From an uncultured Actinomycetes bacterium (GTDB lineage: Bacteria > Actinomycetota > UBA4738 > HRBIN12), in assembly GCA_963704725.1 (NCBI GenBank), contig OY969934.1:608001-672000 (forward strand): 64,000 bases of DNA, read 5' to 3'. The notes below the pieces were generated by a model, which was not told the DNA's origin, did no database searches, and saw only the letters and a program-made list of their open reading frames with translations. Shown in pieces: positions 31,937 through 41,817 of the stretch. How positions within the stretch are numbered: the stretch's first letter is position 1; the number at the start of each line of letters is the position of its first letter. The translations under genes were made by a program, and so were the position numbers.

Positions 31937-32586
31937 GCGCCGTCGCGGAGCCACCGGCGCCCCCGCCGTCGCCTCCTCGCCCCGATCGAACCGGGCGGCT
32001 GCTGGTCGGCATCCTCCTCGTGCTGTTCGGGATCGGATGGCTGCTCGACGTGCTCGACGTGGCCGACTTCGCGTGGGGGGTGCTGCTCTCGTCGGCGCTG
32101 ATCCTGATCGGCCTGGCGTTGGTGCTCACGTCGCGGTCGCGCGAGTCTCATGGCGGCCTCATCTCCGCCGGCGTCGTGCTGTCCGTCCTGCTCGTCTTCG
32201 GCTCGGCGCTGGACTTCCCGATCGAGGGCGGCATCGGCGACCGCGAGGTCCATCCCACCACGGCCGGGGCGATCCGCAGCGAGTACGCGCTCGGCATCGG
32301 GCAGCTCACGGTCGATCTGTCGGACCTGGCCGGCACCGACCTCGTCGCGGCCGAGATCGACCACATGCGGATCAAGGTCGGCGTCGGCGAGCTGATCGTG
32401 ATCGCGCCGCCGGGCGTCGACCTGCGGGTTCAGGCGCGGGCGGGGATCGGGAACGTGCGAGTGTTCGGCCGGGAGGAGGTCGGTCTGGATGTGGAGCTGA
32501 CGATCGGGCCGGATCCGTCGACCCTGCCCGGGCTGGATCTCGTGCTCTCCGTCGGCCTCGGACAGGTGGAGGTGCGCCGTGGCTGA
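31933..32586 (+). CDS. LiaF-like cell-envelope stress protein (TM region + C-terminal beta domain)
   Basis: Three to four TM, then GGIGD...YALGIGQLTVDL...VGVGELIVI.P...AGIG. ATGA overlap with the pspC-like gene. Confidence 0.75.
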   Translation: MSAVAEPPAPPPSPPRPDRTGRLLVGILLVLFGIGWLLDVLDVADFAWGVLLSSALILIGLALVLTSRSRESHGGLISAGVVLSVLLVFGSALDFPIEGGIGDREVHPTTAGAIRSEYALGIGQLTVDLSDLAGTDLVAAEIDHMRIKVGVGELIVIAPPGVDLRVQARAGIGNVRVFGREEVGLDVELTIGPDPSTLPGLDLVLSVGLGQVEVRRG

Positions 32587-32764
32587 GCGCGAGCCGAGCC
32601 GGACCGCGGTCGTCGCCGGGATCTGCTTCGTCGTGGCAGGGGTGGCGTTCCTCCTGGAGCAGCTCGACGTGTGGGACCTCGAGCTGAAGACCCTGGCACC
32701 GGCGCTCCTGATCGGGATCGGCCTCGCGATCCTGCTGGGCGGCCGGCGCCCCCGCCGGCGATGA
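32579..32764 (+). CDS. Small 2-TM membrane protein of the Psp/Lia cluster
   Basis: AVVAGICFVVAGVAFLL...PALLIGIGLAILL; overlaps the upstream gene's end. Confidence 0.75.
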   Translation: MAEREPSRTAVVAGICFVVAGVAFLLEQLDVWDLELKTLAPALLIGIGLAILLGGRRPRRR

Positions 32765-32807
32765 CCGGCGCTCCGGCGCTCTCGAGAAGCACCCGTTAGG
32801 AGGGGTC

Positions 32808-33491
32808 GTGGAGGTCCTGTTCATCGTCCTGGCGATCGTGGTGGCCGGCGCGGCCGCGGTCTGGTCGTACCGGCTCAAGCAGAAGCGACGCGAGGCGCTC
32901 GCCACCATGGCGCGGCAGCTCGGCCTGGAGTACTCGCGCGACGACGTCCGCGGCTGCCTCGAGCTGCCGTTCTCCCTGCTGGGGCGAGGGGACGGACGCG
33001 GCACCGAGAACGTGCTCTGGGGGGTGTGGCAGGACGTCCCGGTCCTCGAGTTCGACTACTGGTACTACGAGGAGTCCCGGGACGCGAAAGGCAACACCTC
33101 GCGCACGACGTACCGGTTCTCGTGCGCGGTCACCGAGGTCGAGGCCGGGCTGTCGCCGCTGACGCTGGGCAGGGAGAACGTCCTGACGCGCCTGGCGGAC
33201 TCGATCGGGCTCCACGACGTCGAGTTCGAGCTGGAGGACTTCAACCGGGCGTTCACGGTGAAGTGCAAGGACCGCCGGTTCGCCAACGACTTCGTCGACC
33301 CCCGGATGATGCGGTGGCTCCTCGCCACCGATCCCGGCTTCTCGTTCGAGGTCTGCGCCACGCGGATGCTCGTCTACTCCAAGCGCCGCAGGCCCACCGA
33401 CCTCGTCCCCCTGATCGGCACGCTCAAGCAGTTCCGGGACCAGATCCCGCGCGTGGTCTACGACCTGTACGGTCTCCCGGCCAGCGGCTAG
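32808..33491 (+). CDS. Membrane-anchored hypothetical protein (DUF3137-like, LemA-associated)
   Basis: Strong SD AGGAGG, one N-terminal TM, FDYWY and DVEFELEDFNRAFTV.C.D..FA. Family assignment tentative. Confidence 0.75.
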   Translation: MEVLFIVLAIVVAGAAAVWSYRLKQKRREALATMARQLGLEYSRDDVRGCLELPFSLLGRGDGRGTENVLWGVWQDVPVLEFDYWYYEESRDAKGNTSRTTYRFSCAVTEVEAGLSPLTLGRENVLTRLADSIGLHDVEFELEDFNRAFTVKCKDRRFANDFVDPRMMRWLLATDPGFSFEVCATRMLVYSKRRRPTDLVPLIGTLKQFRDQIPRVVYDLYGLPASG

Positions 33492-33550
33492 GCTGGGGTT
33501 CGCGGTTCTCCCCAAGGACTCCGAGAGGACCCCGAGAGGAAGGATCGATC

Positions 33551-34207
33551 GTGATCGCGCTGTGGATCGTGCTTGGCGTTCTGGTGCTCGCCGCCATCGC
33601 CGGCGTCATCTCCTACAACCGCTTCGTGTCGCAGCGGCAGCTCATCAAGGACTCGTGGGCGAACATCGACACCGAGCTGCGCCGCCGGTACGACCTGATC
33701 CCCAACCTGGTCGAGACCGTGAAGGGGTACGCCTCGCACGAGCGCGAGGTCTTCGAGGAGGTCGCGCGGACGCGTTCGATGGCCGCCGGGGCGACGGGCT
33801 CGCCCGCCTCGCAGGCGGCCGCCGAGGGCCCGTTCGTCGCCGCGCTCGGCAAGCTCTTCGCCGTCGCCGAGAACTACCCGGACCTGAAGGCCAACCAGAA
33901 CTTCCTCGCCCTGCAGGCCGAGCTCTCCAACACGGAGGACCGGCTGCAGACGGCCCGTCGCTTCTACAACGCGAACGTGCGGCAGTACAACCAGCGCGTG
34001 GGGCAGTTCCCGTCGACGATGATCGCTCGGGCGTTCCACTTCGAGGTCGAGGAGTACTTCGAGATCGAGGAGGCGCTCCGGGAGGCCGGCGCCCCGCGCG
34101 TGGACTTCTCGGGTGCGGGGCCGGCGGTCAGCTTCGGGCAGTCGTCGGGCACGGACCCCCAGGCGGCGCCGCCCGCGCCACCGCCCGGGGGGGCGCCGCC
34201 CTCGTAG
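33551..34207 (+). CDS. lemA: LemA family protein
   Basis: N-terminal TM, SWANIDTELRRRYDLIPNLVETVKGYA.HE, ENYPDLKANQNF and ARRFYN. Confidence 0.95.
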   Translation: MIALWIVLGVLVLAAIAGVISYNRFVSQRQLIKDSWANIDTELRRRYDLIPNLVETVKGYASHEREVFEEVARTRSMAAGATGSPASQAAAEGPFVAALGKLFAVAENYPDLKANQNFLALQAELSNTEDRLQTARRFYNANVRQYNQRVGQFPSTMIARAFHFEVEEYFEIEEALREAGAPRVDFSGAGPAVSFGQSSGTDPQAAPPAPPPGGAPPS

Positions 34208-34217
34208 CGACGTCGCG

Positions 34218-35531
34218 CTAGATCCGGTTCGGATCGGCCGCCAGGAGCTCGAGCTCGGGCGCGGGTCCGCAACCCTCGAGCATCGTGGCGCGCCGGACGT
34301 CGCCCGTGAGCCAGGTCCACACGCCGGCCCAGACGACGGCGACGGCCCCGAGGGCGATCGCGGTCGGTCTGGGGCCGAACACGTTCGCCGTCCATCCGGT
34401 CACGAGCGCCGAGGTCGTCAGCGTGACCGTGATGAGCGCGGCGTCGAAGGCGAAGATCCGCCCCCGGATCCGGTCGGGCACGACCCGCTGCAGCCCGTAG
34501 GACGACAACGTCCACTGCGCGCCGCCTCCCAGATGCGCGAACGCGATGGCCGGCGCCGCCAGGGCCATCGAGGGCATGAGCCCGAGCACGGCGTAGCCCA
34601 CCCCGAAGACGCCCAGCGCCGTGCCGATCGCGCCGAACAGCCGCCGGTCGTCGCGCCCGGTCAGCCACCGTCCCAGGAACGGGCCGACCAACGCGCCCAC
34701 GCCTCGCGCGGACATGAGGACCCCGATGCCGACGTCGCCGGCGCCGAACTCCTGCCTCGCGAAGACCGAGATCAGCAGGATGACTCCGGCGGCGAGCCCG
34801 AACCCGGCCTTCACGCCGAGCAGCGCGAGCACGCGATGGTCCCGGCGGGCGTATCGGAGGGTCTCGACGGTGGCGCGGGCCACGTTGGCCTCGGGCTCCT
34901 GCGCGCGGTCCTCCGAGAACGGCCTGCGGATCCCGGCGATGAGCGCTCCCGAGACGGCGAACGAGGTCGCGTCGATCAGGAAGGCGGCGTCCCGGCCGAG
35001 GATGCCGGCGACGATCCCGCCCAGGGCCGCCCCCACCGCGAGCATCGTTCCCCACAGCGAGCCGAACAGCGCGTTGGCCGGCCCCAGGTCCCGGGACTCG
35101 ACGAGATTGGGGAACGCGGCGCTGGAGGCCGGGTCGAACGCCGCGGAGAACGAGGAGATCGCCGCGAGGAGCACGTACGCCACCCAGAACGTTCCCTGGT
35201 CGTGCACGAGCAGGAACCCGAGGCAGAGCACGGCTCGGGCGCCGTCGCAGGACACCATAAGCCACCGGCGGTTCAGCCGGTCCGAGAGCACGCCCCCGAT
35301 CGGCGACATCAGGAAGAACGGCAGCTCCTGGGCGGCCAGCAGCACGGCCACCGACACGGCCGACCCCGTCAGCTCCAGCGCCAGCCCGAACAGGGCCACG
35401 ACCAGGAACCAGTCGCCGCCCAGCGAGATCAGCGACGCCACGTAGAGCCGTCGGAAGTCGCGGTTGCGTCGCAGCAGCGAGATCGCGGCCCGCAGGCCCC
35501 CCATCTCCTCGACCGGCTCGCGCGCCGCCAC
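34218..35531 (-). CDS. MFS transporter (H+ antiporter-3/macrolide-efflux-like)
   Basis: RNRDFRRLY....ISL.GDW, GVLSDRLNRR and VPD..RGR.F; about 12 TM. Confidence 0.92.
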   Translation of the reverse strand: MAAREPVEEMGGLRAAISLLRRNRDFRRLYVASLISLGGDWFLVVALFGLALELTGSAVSVAVLLAAQELPFFLMSPIGGVLSDRLNRRWLMVSCDGARAVLCLGFLLVHDQGTFWVAYVLLAAISSFSAAFDPASSAAFPNLVESRDLGPANALFGSLWGTMLAVGAALGGIVAGILGRDAAFLIDATSFAVSGALIAGIRRPFSEDRAQEPEANVARATVETLRYARRDHRVLALLGVKAGFGLAAGVILLISVFARQEFGAGDVGIGVLMSARGVGALVGPFLGRWLTGRDDRRLFGAIGTALGVFGVGYAVLGLMPSMALAAPAIAFAHLGGGAQWTLSSYGLQRVVPDRIRGRIFAFDAALITVTLTTSALVTGWTANVFGPRPTAIALGAVAVVWAGVWTWLTGDVRRATMLEGCGPAPELELLAADPNRI

Positions 35532-35598
35532 GACGATTTGTCACACTACAGGGGCTGCCCCGAACGACCCGGCGATCTCAACGGAGGAGGGAGCGACC

Positions 35599-36246
35599 GT
35601 GCTGGAGCGCTTCACATGGTTCCGTCAGTCGGCGATGCGGTACGCGGGAGATGGGCTCACCCTCTACATCGACCCCTGGGGGACCACGCCGCAGGATGAG
35701 AAGGCGGACCTCATCCTCATCACCCACGCCCACGGCGATCACCTCCAGCCGGAGGAGATCGAACGCCTCTCGACCTCCGGGACCAAGCTCGTCGCGCCCG
35801 CCGACGTGGCGCGGGAGCTCTCGGGCGACGTGACCGCGGTGGCGCCCGGCCAGTCGCACGAGATCGCCGGCGTCCGGTTCGAGACCGTGCCCGCGTACAA
35901 CATCGTCGAGCACCGCCTCGACAAGCACCCGAAGGCCAACGACTGGGTGGGCTACGTCCTCGAGCTCGGCGGCCGCCGCTACTACCACTCGGGCGACACG
36001 GACGCTCTGCCCGAGCTCGAGTCGCTCTCGACGGACGTGGCGATGGTCTGCATCGGCGGTGACCCCTTCACGATGGGCCCGCGAGAGGCCGGCGGCCTGG
36101 TGAAGGCGATGGGACCCCGGCTGGCGGTCCCCATGCACTTCGGCTTCGTCGTCGGCGCGCCGTCGTTCGCCGACGAGTTCACCAAAGAGGCCGCGCCCGT
36201 CGACGTGCAGGTCATGACGCCGACGAACCCCTACGAGCAATCCTGA
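35599..36246 (+). CDS. MBL-fold metallohydrolase (UlaG-like)
   Basis: YIDP, ITHAHGDH, YHSGDTD and PMHF. SD GGAGGAGG before GTG 35599. Confidence 0.9.
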   Translation: MLERFTWFRQSAMRYAGDGLTLYIDPWGTTPQDEKADLILITHAHGDHLQPEEIERLSTSGTKLVAPADVARELSGDVTAVAPGQSHEIAGVRFETVPAYNIVEHRLDKHPKANDWVGYVLELGGRRYYHSGDTDALPELESLSTDVAMVCIGGDPFTMGPREAGGLVKAMGPRLAVPMHFGFVVGAPSFADEFTKEAAPVDVQVMTPTNPYEQS

Positions 36247-36262
36247 CGAAAGGAGCCCGCGC

Positions 36263-37168
36263 ATGGCGCTCGGCTACGACAAGCCGCTCTACGTCCTGGC
36301 CTTCGACCACCGAGGGTCGTTCCAGAAGAAGTTCTTCGGCGTCGCGGGAGAGCCGAACGCCGAGGAGTCGGTGCGGATCTCGGACGCGAAGACGGTCATC
36401 TACGAGGGCGCCAGGCGGGCGCTCGACGAGGGGGTCCCGCGGGAATCGGCAGGAGTCCTCGTGGACGAGCAGTTCGGCGCCGGCATCGCGCGCGACGCGA
36501 GGGCGAGCGGCCTCACGTTCGCGATGCCGCTGGAGAAGAGCGGGCAGGAGGAGTTCGACTTCCAATACGGGGAGGAGTTCGGGGCGCACATCGAGGACTT
36601 CGACCCGACCTTCGCCAAGGTGCTCGTGCGCTACAACACCGACGGCGACCGCGAGATGAACGAGCGGCAGACCCAGCGCCTGCGCCGGCTCGGCGAGTGG
36701 CTCCACGAGCGGGATCGCCTGTACCTGTTCGAGCTCCTCGTCCCCCCGACTCCCGCGCAGCTCGAGGCCGCCGGCGGTGACCAGGACCGGTGGGACACGC
36801 AGGAGCGGCCCAAGGTCATGAAGGCCGTGATCGAGGAGCTCCAGGGCGCCGGCGTCGAGCCGGACATCTGGAAGATCGAGGGGATCGATCGGCGCGAGGA
36901 CTGCGAGATGATCTCCGCCGCCACGCGGGCCGGGGGGCGGGACGGCGTGGCGTGCGTCGTCCTCGGCCGTGGTGCGGACGACGCCGCCGTGGACCACTGG
37001 CTCCGGATGGGGTCGGGCGTCCCCGGCTACATCGGGTTCGCCATCGGGCGCTCGATCTGGTGGGATCCGCTGAAGGCGTTCGTGGACGGGAGCACGGCGC
37101 GCGAGGAGGCGGCCAAGCAGATCGCCGCCAACTACCGGCGATTCATCGATGTCTACAACGGGGGGTAG
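36263..37168 (+). CDS. Class I aldolase-fold protein (DUF2090/IolC C-terminal, LacD-like)
   Basis: LAFDHR, KVLVRYN, LFELLVP, PDIWKIEG, LGRG and GFAIGRSIW. Confidence 0.85.
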   Translation: MALGYDKPLYVLAFDHRGSFQKKFFGVAGEPNAEESVRISDAKTVIYEGARRALDEGVPRESAGVLVDEQFGAGIARDARASGLTFAMPLEKSGQEEFDFQYGEEFGAHIEDFDPTFAKVLVRYNTDGDREMNERQTQRLRRLGEWLHERDRLYLFELLVPPTPAQLEAAGGDQDRWDTQERPKVMKAVIEELQGAGVEPDIWKIEGIDRREDCEMISAATRAGGRDGVACVVLGRGADDAAVDHWLRMGSGVPGYIGFAIGRSIWWDPLKAFVDGSTAREEAAKQIAANYRRFIDVYNGG

Positions 37169-37178
37169 AGCGAGTCCG

Positions 37179-37388
37179 ATGGCGATCCTGAAGACGATCG
37201 ATCTGGTGGGCGTCTCGCCGGAGTCCTGGCGGGACGCGGCGCACCAGGCCCTGTCCGAGGCCGCGAAGACGATCCGCGGCATCGAGGGGATGGACATCCT
37301 GGGAACGAGGGCCGTGGTGCAGGAGGGGAGGATCTCCGAGTACCACACGGAGGTCCGCATCATCTTCCGCATCGAACGCACCATGTGA
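37179..37388 (+). CDS. Dodecin (flavin-binding)
   Basis: K.IDLVGVSPESW.DAA..A..EA.KTIRGI...GRISEYH.EV.I.F.IE. Confidence 0.88.
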   Translation: MAILKTIDLVGVSPESWRDAAHQALSEAAKTIRGIEGMDILGTRAVVQEGRISEYHTEVRIIFRIERTM

Positions 37389-37474
37389 GGGCCGCCGCGG
37401 TCGGGCCGGGACGGAGCATCGCCCCGGCCCGTCCGCGCGTTCGGGCACGATGGGCTGGATAGACTCGGCCGGTC

Positions 37475-38755
37475 ATGCCTGCGTCGATCGTGGTCGGGAC
37501 CCAGTGGGGGGACGAGGGCAAGGGCAAGGCCACGGACTACCTGGCCGACCGCATGGACCTCGTGGTCCGCTATCAGGGCGGCAACAACGCCGGCCACACG
37601 ATCCTGGCCGAGGGCCACACGCTGAAGCTCCAGCTCATCCCCTCCGGGGTGCTGTACCCGAACATCACGTCGGTGATCGCCGACGGCGTGGTCGTGGATC
37701 CGCGCGTGCTGCTGCAGGAGATGGACGGGCTCCGGGCGATCGGGGTCGACCCGTCGCGCCTCGTGGTCTCCGGGAACTGCCACATGATCATGCCGTACCA
37801 CCTCGAGATGGAGAAGGTGACCGAGCGCTTCCTGGGCAAGAACGCGCTCGGCACGACGAAACGGGGGATCGGGCCGGCGTACGGCGACAAGGCCGCCCGG
37901 ATCGGGCTGCGGATCCAGGACCTGTTCGACGAGAAGATCATGCGCGAGAAGCTCGACATCGTGCTGAAGGAGAAGAACCTGATCCTGACGCGCGTGTACG
38001 GGCGCCTCCCGCTGACGGCGGAGGGGATCGTCGAGGACTACCTCCGTTACGCCGAGCGCCTCCGGCCCCACGTCGCCGACACCTCGAAGCTGATCCACGA
38101 TGCGCTCCGGGACGGCCGCAACGTCCTGCTCGAAGGGGCGCAGGGCACGATGCTCGACCTCGACAAGGGGACCTATCCCTTCGTCACCTCCTCGAACCCG
38201 GTCGCCGGGTACGCGCTCGCGTCGGCGGGGATCGGCCCTCGCGAGGTCGATCGCGTGATCGGGATCACGAAGGCCTACGTGACGCGGGTCGGCGCCGGGC
38301 CCTTCCCCACGGAGGACCACGGGCCGGGCGGCGAGCGGCTCGGCGAGCGGGGGCACGAGTTCGGCACCGTGACCGGACGCAAGCGGCGATGCGGTTGGTT
38401 CGACGCCGTGATCCTGCGGTACGCGGCCCGCGTGAACGGCCTCACGGAGCTCTTCGTGACCAAGCTCGACGTGCTCTCGGGCTTTCGGACGCTGCGGGTC
38501 TGCACCGCCTACACGGCCGACGGCGAGAGGTTCGAGGACTTCCCGCCGCACCAGTCGCTGTTCCACCGCGCCGAGCCCGTGTACGAGGAGCTCGAGGGAT
38601 GGGACGAGGACCTGACGAGCGCCCGCTCGTTCGGCGACCTGCCCGGCGCCGCCCGCACGTACCTGAACCGGGTCTCGGACCTGGTCGGGGTGCCGATCGG
38701 CGTGGTCTCCGTGGGTCCGGGGCGAGAGCAGAGCCTGGCGCTCGGCGCCGACTGA
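37475..38755 (+). CDS. purA: Adenylosuccinate synthetase
   Basis: GTQWGDEGKGK, GGNNAGHT, EGAQG..LD, TRVG.GPFPTE and TGRKRRCGW. Confidence 0.98.
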   Translation: MPASIVVGTQWGDEGKGKATDYLADRMDLVVRYQGGNNAGHTILAEGHTLKLQLIPSGVLYPNITSVIADGVVVDPRVLLQEMDGLRAIGVDPSRLVVSGNCHMIMPYHLEMEKVTERFLGKNALGTTKRGIGPAYGDKAARIGLRIQDLFDEKIMREKLDIVLKEKNLILTRVYGRLPLTAEGIVEDYLRYAERLRPHVADTSKLIHDALRDGRNVLLEGAQGTMLDLDKGTYPFVTSSNPVAGYALASAGIGPREVDRVIGITKAYVTRVGAGPFPTEDHGPGGERLGERGHEFGTVTGRKRRCGWFDAVILRYAARVNGLTELFVTKLDVLSGFRTLRVCTAYTADGERFEDFPPHQSLFHRAEPVYEELEGWDEDLTSARSFGDLPGAARTYLNRVSDLVGVPIGVVSVGPGREQSLALGAD

Positions 38756-40035
38756 TGAGGGTCCTCGTCGTCGGTGGAGGCGGGCGGGAGCACGCGCTCG
38801 TGTGGCGCCTGGCGCGGAGCTCCTCGGTCGAGCGCTTGATCGCAGCACCGGGGAACGCGGGCATCGCCCGCGAGGCCTCATGCATCCCCGTCGCGGTCGA
38901 CGACCTCAGCGGGTTGGTCGACCTCGTCGAGCGCGAGCGGATCGACCTGACGGTGATCGGTCCGGAGGTCCCGCTCGTGGCCGGCCTGGCCGACGAGCTC
39001 GCGGCGCGCGGGCGGCTCGTGTTCGGGCCCTCGCGCGCCGCCGCGAGGATCGAGGGGTCCAAAGGGTGGGCGAAGGCCCTGTGCGAGCGCCGCGGGATCC
39101 CCGCCGCGCGCTCGCGGACGGCGGACTCGATGCCGGAGGCGCTCGACGCGCTCGAGGAGTTCGCGCCGCCGTACGTCGTCAAGGCCGACGGCCTCGCCGC
39201 CGGCAAGGGGGTCGTCATCGCCGAGGGCCGACAGGACGCGATCCGGTTCCTGGGGGCGGCGCTCGAGGGCGGGGCGTTCGGCGAGGCGGGCGCCCGCGTG
39301 CTGATCGAGGAGTTCCTCACGGGGCGCGAGGTCTCGGCGTTCGCGCTGTGCGACGGGAACGACGTGCTGCCCCTCGCGCTCGCGCAGGACTTCAAGCGCG
39401 TGGGCGACGGCGACGCGGGGCCCAACACGGGCGGGATGGGCGCCTACTCGCCGCTGCCGTTCGTCGACGAACCCACCGCCGAGGCGATCTGGGCGGACGT
39501 GGTCCGACCCACCGTGGACGCCATGGCGTCGGAGGGCGTTCCCTATCGCGGGGTCCTCTACGCAGGACTGATGGTCACCGCGGACGGCCCCAAGGTCCTC
39601 GAGTTCAACGCCCGCTTCGGCGACCCCGAGACGCAGGTCCTGCTTCCCCGCCTCGACGCCGACCTCGCCGAGCTCTGCCTGGCGTCCGCCGAGGGCACCC
39701 TGTCGGGCCGCCGCGCGGAGCTGTCCCGTCGGGCGTGCGTGACCGTCGTCCTCGCCTCGGGCGGCTATCCGGGCGCGTACGAGACCGGTTTGGAGGTCTT
39801 GGGGATCGAGGACGCGGAGGCGGTGGAGGGTGCGGTCGTCTTCCACTCCGGCACCGCCGAGCGTCGGGGTAGAGTGGTCACGTCGGGGGGACGGGTCCTG
39901 TCGGTCACCGCGATCGGCGACGATCTGGGACGGGCACGGACCCGGGCCTACGAGGCCTGTGCGCGGATCTCGTTCGAGGGGATGCACTACCGCAAGGACA
40001 TCGCCGCGCGGGCGGCGGGGGAGGAGGGGACGTGA
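38755..40035 (+). CDS. purD: Phosphoribosylamine-glycine ligase
   Basis: MRVLVVGGGGREHAL, KADGLAAGKGV, GPNTGGMGAYSP and EFNARFGDPE. Confidence 0.98.
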   Translation: MRVLVVGGGGREHALVWRLARSSSVERLIAAPGNAGIAREASCIPVAVDDLSGLVDLVERERIDLTVIGPEVPLVAGLADELAARGRLVFGPSRAAARIEGSKGWAKALCERRGIPAARSRTADSMPEALDALEEFAPPYVVKADGLAAGKGVVIAEGRQDAIRFLGAALEGGAFGEAGARVLIEEFLTGREVSAFALCDGNDVLPLALAQDFKRVGDGDAGPNTGGMGAYSPLPFVDEPTAEAIWADVVRPTVDAMASEGVPYRGVLYAGLMVTADGPKVLEFNARFGDPETQVLLPRLDADLAELCLASAEGTLSGRRAELSRRACVTVVLASGGYPGAYETGLEVLGIEDAEAVEGAVVFHSGTAERRGRVVTSGGRVLSVTAIGDDLGRARTRAYEACARISFEGMHYRKDIAARAAGEEGT

Positions 40036-40505
40036 GCGAGGCGGCTCCCCTGGTCGGCGTGGTGATCGGATCGCCCGCCGAGCTCGCCGTGATGCAGCAG
40101 GCCACCGCCATCCTGGAGAAGCTCGGGATCCCGCACGAGATCCGAATGATGTCCTCAGCTCGGAACCCCGACCTGGTGGACGAGTACGCGCGGACGGCGT
40201 TCGATCGGGGGCTGCGCGTCCTGGTCTGCTCGACCGGCATCTCGGGACACGCCGCCTCGGCCGCCGCTGCCCGAACCGTCCTGCCCGTGGTGGGGGTGCC
40301 GATCGCCAGCGAGCAGATGAGCGGCGAGCAGTCCCTCTACGTCACGGCCCAGATGCCCGCCGGCGTACCGGTGGCCACCGTCGGCATCGACGCCGCCATG
40401 AACGCCGCCGTGCTCGCCGCCCAGATCGTCGGCGTCGCCGACCCCGACGTGCAGAAGCGGCTGTGGCGGTTCAAGGACGACCTGGCGGAGGGCCTCCGCC
40501 TGTGA
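40032..40505 (+). CDS. purE: PurE-family protein with degenerate active-site motifs
   Basis: PurE fold (PVVGVP, QMPAGVPVATV, NAA.LA.QI) between purD and purB, but GSxSD is GSPAE and SAHR is SSAR. Confidence 0.8.
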   Translation: MSEAAPLVGVVIGSPAELAVMQQATAILEKLGIPHEIRMMSSARNPDLVDEYARTAFDRGLRVLVCSTGISGHAASAAAARTVLPVVGVPIASEQMSGEQSLYVTAQMPAGVPVATVGIDAAMNAAVLAAQIVGVADPDVQKRLWRFKDDLAEGLRL

Positions 40506-40509
40506 CGGC

Positions 40510-41817
40510 ATGATCCGGCGCTACACCCGCCCCGAGATGGCCGCGGTGTGGTCGGACCGGGCGCGGCTCGGCCACTGGCTGGAGATCGAGATCCTCGCCG
40601 TCGAAGCGTGGGCCCGGCTCGGCGTCGTCCCGGCCGAGGACGCGCGCGCCGTGCGCCACAAGGCCGCGTTCGACGTCGAGACCGTCCTGGAGCGCGAGCG
40701 CGTCACCCGTCACGACGTGGCCGCGTTCGTGGAGGTGGTCGGGGAGTCGGTGGGTCCGGCGGGACGATGGGTGCACTTCGGTCTGACGTCCTCGGACGTC
40801 CTCGACACGGGCCTCGCGCTGCAGCTCCGCGAGGCTCTCGACCTGATCCTCGCGGCGCTCGAGCGGCTCCTCGGCGTGACCAAGCGGCTCGCGCTGGCGC
40901 ACCGGGGCACCGTCATGGCCGGTCGAACGCACGGCGTGGTGGCGGAGCCCACGAGCTTCGGCCACAAGGTGGCGCTGTGGGCGTTCGAGCTCGATCGCGA
41001 CCGGGAGCGGCTCCGCCGCGGGCGCGAGGCCGTGAGCGTCGGCGCGATCAGCGGGGCGGTCGGCACGTACGCACAGGTCGATCCGCGCGTCGAGGAGGAG
41101 GTCTGCGCGCGACTCGGCCTCCGGCCCGCCGAGGCCTCCAACCAGATCGTCGCCCGCGACCGGCACGCCGAGCTGATGAGCGCGCTCGCCATCACCGCCT
41201 CGACGCTCGACGCGATCGCCACCGAGATCCGGCATCTCGCCAGGACGGAGGTGCGCGAGGTCCAGGAACCGTTCGCGGAGGGCCAGAAGGGCTCGAGCGC
41301 GATGCCCCACAAGAGGAACCCCGTCCGCTGCGAGCGCGTGACCGGGCTGGCCCGCGTGGTCCGCGGGAACCTGCAGGCGGCGCTCGAGAACACCGTGCTG
41401 TGGCACGAGCGCGACATCTCGCACTCGTCGGCCGAGCGCGTGATCCTGCCGGACAGCACGGCGGCCCTCGACTTCATGCTCGCCGAGCTCGAGGACGTCC
41501 TGGCGGGTCTCGTGGTCTTCCCCGACCGGATGCGCGTCAACCTCGACGTGGGGGGCGGGCTGGCGTTCTCCCAGAACGTGCTGCTCGCGCTTGTCGACGC
41601 GGGGATGTCGCGGGACGAGGCGTACGCGATCGTGCAGGCGGCGGCGGCTCGGGCGTGGGACGAGGGAGCGTCGTTCCGCGACGAGGTGGCCGCGAACGCG
41701 GAGGTTCGCGGACGGGTCGGCGACGGTCTGGGTGCGCTGTTCGAGCCGGGCCGGGCGCTCCGGAACCTCGACGTCGTGTTCGATCGATTGGAGAAGGTCC
41801 AGGTGGGGGCGGAGTGA
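40510..41817 (+). CDS. purB: Adenylosuccinate lyase
   Basis: MIRRY, HDV.AF, HFGLTSSD, GRTHG, GSSAMPHKRNP and HERDISHSS.ER. Confidence 0.98.
   Translation: MIRRYTRPEMAAVWSDRARLGHWLEIEILAVEAWARLGVVPAEDARAVRHKAAFDVETVLERERVTRHDVAAFVEVVGESVGPAGRWVHFGLTSSDVLDTGLALQLREALDLILAALERLLGVTKRLALAHRGTVMAGRTHGVVAEPTSFGHKVALWAFELDRDRERLRRGREAVSVGAISGAVGTYAQVDPRVEEEVCARLGLRPAEASNQIVARDRHAELMSALAITASTLDAIATEIRHLARTEVREVQEPFAEGQKGSSAMPHKRNPVRCERVTGLARVVRGNLQAALENTVLWHERDISHSSAERVILPDSTAALDFMLAELEDVLAGLVVFPDRMRVNLDVGGGLAFSQNVLLALVDAGMSRDEAYAIVQAAAARAWDEGASFRDEVAANAEVRGRVGDGLGALFEPGRALRNLDVVFDRLEKVQVGAE

Noticed and set aside
37389-37474. Purine/ZTP riboswitch ahead of purA
   Set aside because: A -10 box lies 9 nt before the ATG, leaving no leader. 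The hairpin is better read as the dodecin terminator.
37450-40035. Apparent long N-terminal extensions or fusions on PurD, PurC, PurL, PurM, FAAL, E2 and others
   Set aside because: The extensions are alternative frames of the upstream gene. The real starts are at the stop/start overlaps.
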